A stretch of DNA of 64,000 nucleotides, taken from a virus (Duplodnaviria > Caudoviricetes). Position 1 is the stretch's first letter. Each line of letters opens with the position of its first letter. Positions 61,926-64,000 of this stretch are shown in pieces. A program made the translations under genes and the position numbers. The stretch covers positions 32,001-96,000 of the IMG/VR virus record IMGVR_UViG_3300014208_000026; one strand, given 5' to 3'. The notes under the pieces were generated by a model. It was given only the letters and a program-made list of their open reading frames with translations. It was not told where the DNA came from and did no database searches.

Positions 61926-63143
61926 GAAATTTCATATGATCTTGGCACACCGCATACAGCTTGACCCGACTTTCAAACAGGTCCGGTATTTTGTCCAAGC
62001 CAGCGGTACGCACAGATTCGTTTCTAACTGGGCTTTGGCTGAGTGGAATCGGCTTTACGAAGCCGGAGAGAAGCCAGACGGAATGAAGTTGAGGAAATCT
62101 TTCAACTCCCGTTACCCCAAGGAGTTCCCTTGGATCTCGGAACTCCACAGGGACTGTCATTCACAGCCTTTTAACGATCTCCAAGTGGCATTCTCTAGGT
62201 ATTTCAAAGGCGAGGCCAAGCATCCTGTATTCAAGAAAAAGGGAGAGCACGATTCTTTCTATGTAGCAAATGACATTATCTCTTTGGATGAGTCAAGAGT
62301 TCGAATTCCACGTTTGGGTTGGGTTCGGATGACGGAGCCCCTCCGGTTCGCGGGGAAAATTATGAGTGCCCGAGTCACGAGAACCGCTGACAAGTGGTTT
62401 ATTTCTGTCCAGGTGGACATAGGAGATCCCGCTCAAAGTGGTCAGTGGGAGCGAATTTCTGACGGGACAGTCGGGGTAGACCTGGGAATCAAGCATGCAG
62501 TGGTCACCTCCGACAATGAGGTATTCGACGGCCCTAAGCCTCTGAAGAAGAACTTGGAGAAGCTTAAACGTTTGCAGCGACAACACGCCCGTAAGCAGAA
62601 GGGCTCCAAGAACAGGCACAAACTCACGATGCGGCTGGCTCGGCTCCACGCCAAGATCGCGAACATCCGGAAGGACTTTCTACACAAAGTGACGACCAAG
62701 ATCTGTCGTGAGAACCAAACGATAGTTCTTGAGGATCTGAACGTAGCGGGGATGATCAAGAATCATAAGCTAGCTCGGGCGATCATGGATATTGGGTTTG
62801 GAGAGTTCAGGAGGCAGGTTGAGTACAAGTCCGGCCTCTACGGGAACACCCTAATTCTGGCGGACCGGTTCTATCCTTCTTCTAAGTTGTGTTCAAAGTG
62901 TGGACACAAAAAAGAGGATCTGACTCTAAAGGATCGGACGTATTGTTGTGAAGCTTGTGGTGCTGAGATCGACCGGGATCTCAATGCGGCTTTGAATTTG
63001 CGTAATCTAAGTACCCTCGGCTTGAGGGGAGCTTCCGGAGGCGATCTACCTCCGGTAAAAGCCTGTGGACCGAAAGAGCCTCGGAGCGTCGGGAAGAAGC
63101 AGGAACCGAAACGTGTGAAGGGATAAATCCATGCACAAGTCGG
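61876..63143 (+). mobile_element. solo TnpB element, IS607-like GG core
   Basis: CGG at both junctions; typical right end GCCTGTGGA...GAAGCAGGAA...hairpin...GTCGG. Confidence 0.8.
61936..63126 (+). CDS. tnpB: TnpB (IS605 OrfB type with N-terminal HTH)
   Basis: MILAHRIQLDP, VGVDLG, IVLEDL, SSKLCSKCG...CEACG, DRDLNAA. Confidence 0.92.
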   Translation: MILAHRIQLDPTFKQVRYFVQASGTHRFVSNWALAEWNRLYEAGEKPDGMKLRKSFNSRYPKEFPWISELHRDCHSQPFNDLQVAFSRYFKGEAKHPVFKKKGEHDSFYVANDIISLDESRVRIPRLGWVRMTEPLRFAGKIMSARVTRTADKWFISVQVDIGDPAQSGQWERISDGTVGVDLGIKHAVVTSDNEVFDGPKPLKKNLEKLKRLQRQHARKQKGSKNRHKLTMRLARLHAKIANIRKDFLHKVTTKICRENQTIVLEDLNVAGMIKNHKLARAIMDIGFGEFRRQVEYKSGLYGNTLILADRFYPSSKLCSKCGHKKEDLTLKDRTYCCEACGAEIDRDLNAALNLRNLSTLGLRGASGGDLPPVKACGPKEPRSVGKKQEPKRVKG

Positions 63144-64000
63144 ATGAGCAGTATCAGTACGCCGATTTTCTGAAGGAACTGCCAACCTGGGAGAACCGAA
63201 TCCGCGCCAAGTCCTCGACCGCTTGGAAGTATCTCGCCGAGTTGGCGGAGTGGGCTGTACGGGATGATTTCGGCGGAGGTGGCGGGAAGCCCGTAGTCCT
63301 ACGGAGGAGAGAGAAAGAGAACGTCCGGTTGGAGGGGTTTGCAACCCAACTCGTAGGATACGAGGACGATGAAGAATGGCACAGAGATAATCTTGCACGC
63401 CTGAAGGCGGGTCTTGCCCTGTACCGGAAACGGGCTCAGGCGGTCTATCCTTGGCTGCTGAAGTACCAACTCCCCCTGGTCGTGAACTTCGAAGAGTCTT
63501 CTCGGGAGGACTCCGCCGCTAGTTACGAACGCTCTTTCATTCGGATTGGGGTTTGGGCTGTCTCCGACCTCCCCATGGATTTTGTTCATGCCCTAGCTCA
63601 CGAGATGGGGCACCACATGTTCAAGACCCTGGTGACAGCCCAAGGTCGGGAAGCATGGACTGCTTTCATCAAGGGGTCTTACAAGGCGCTTGACCTCCGG
63701 GACGTGCTAGCAAAGTCACGTCCAGATGAAACTCTGTTCCGGTTGGACGATAGGATTCAGCGGGAGGATCCCATCCTCCACATTCAGCTACAGACCCTTA
63801 TCTATGACCCGCGGTACAAAGAGTACGATTTGATCAGCACTACGAGCATCAAGGAGTACCTGGACGCGGGGAAAGACCCGATCGTCCAGGTTCCGGCCCA
63901 TGCCATTTCGGGCTACGCAGGGAAGAACCAAGAGGAAGCGTTCTGCGAGGCGTTCGGGAACCTTGTGGGCTATGGTTCTCGTTCCGTACTGCTTGAGGTT
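63131..64000 (+). CDS. 3' piece of the zincin metallopeptidase gene (runs off window)
   Basis: Frame open from ATG 63131 to the window end; AHEMGH and YAGKNQEEAFCE. Confidence 0.8.
   Translation, partial: MHKSDEQYQYADFLKELPTWENRIRAKSSTAWKYLAELAEWAVRDDFGGGGGKPVVLRRREKENVRLEGFATQLVGYEDDEEWHRDNLARLKAGLALYRKRAQAVYPWLLKYQLPLVVNFEESSREDSAASYERSFIRIGVWAVSDLPMDFVHALAHEMGHHMFKTLVTAQGREAWTAFIKGSYKALDLRDVLAKSRPDETLFRLDDRIQREDPILHIQLQTLIYDPRYKEYDLISTTSIKEYLDAGKDPIVQVPAHAISGYAGKNQEEAFCEAFGNLVGYGSRSVLLEV

Noticed and set aside
1072-63126. CRISPR-Cas12f or Cas4 adaptation system
   Set aside because: No repeat-spacer array or cas1/cas2 seen; TnpBs have IS-type ends and the Cas4-like gene sits in a recombination operon
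61876-63143. IStron (self-splicing) explanation for TnpB element 3
   Set aside because: Only about 60 nt lie between the left junction and the tnpB start, too short for a group I core
1-64000. Stop-codon reassignment or diversity-generating retroelement
   Set aside because: Standard code gives dense full-length genes ending in all three stops; no reverse transcriptase or template/variable repeat pair seen

Overview
A 64 kb segment of a large (jumbo-type) tailed dsDNA phage genome. It uses the standard genetic code and nearly all genes lie on the + strand. Layout: (1) 0.3-2.7 kb, a promoter-driven, ORF-free, highly structured locus interrupted by a solo TnpB element. (2) 3-30 kb, replication and recombination genes: clamp and clamp loader (holB, holA, dnaX, dnaN), class II RNR with three inteins, RecD2, two DNA methyltransferases, SSB, RuvC, RecA, a split SbcC plus SbcD, a Cas4-like nuclease, primase, a NusG paralog and a tandem sigma4-HTH regulator. 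(3) 30-50 kb, virion and packaging genes: many small proteins sharing two short peptide tags, a beta-helix fibre, a Dps fusion, three tandem terminase-large-subunit paralogs and a probable portal. (4) 50-64 kb, polyvalent effector genes: zincin peptidases, a CCA-type nucleotidyltransferase split by a free-standing endonuclease, pyrophosphatase, 2H phosphoesterase and five ADP-ribosyltransferase-fold domains, plus two more solo TnpB elements. The best candidates for new biology are a tag-based virion cargo-loading and processing system carrying RNA-repair and ADP-ribosylation effectors, the large structured ncRNA, and the ATPase-only terminase paralogs. All calls come from reading motifs by eye. 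No database search or folding program was run.
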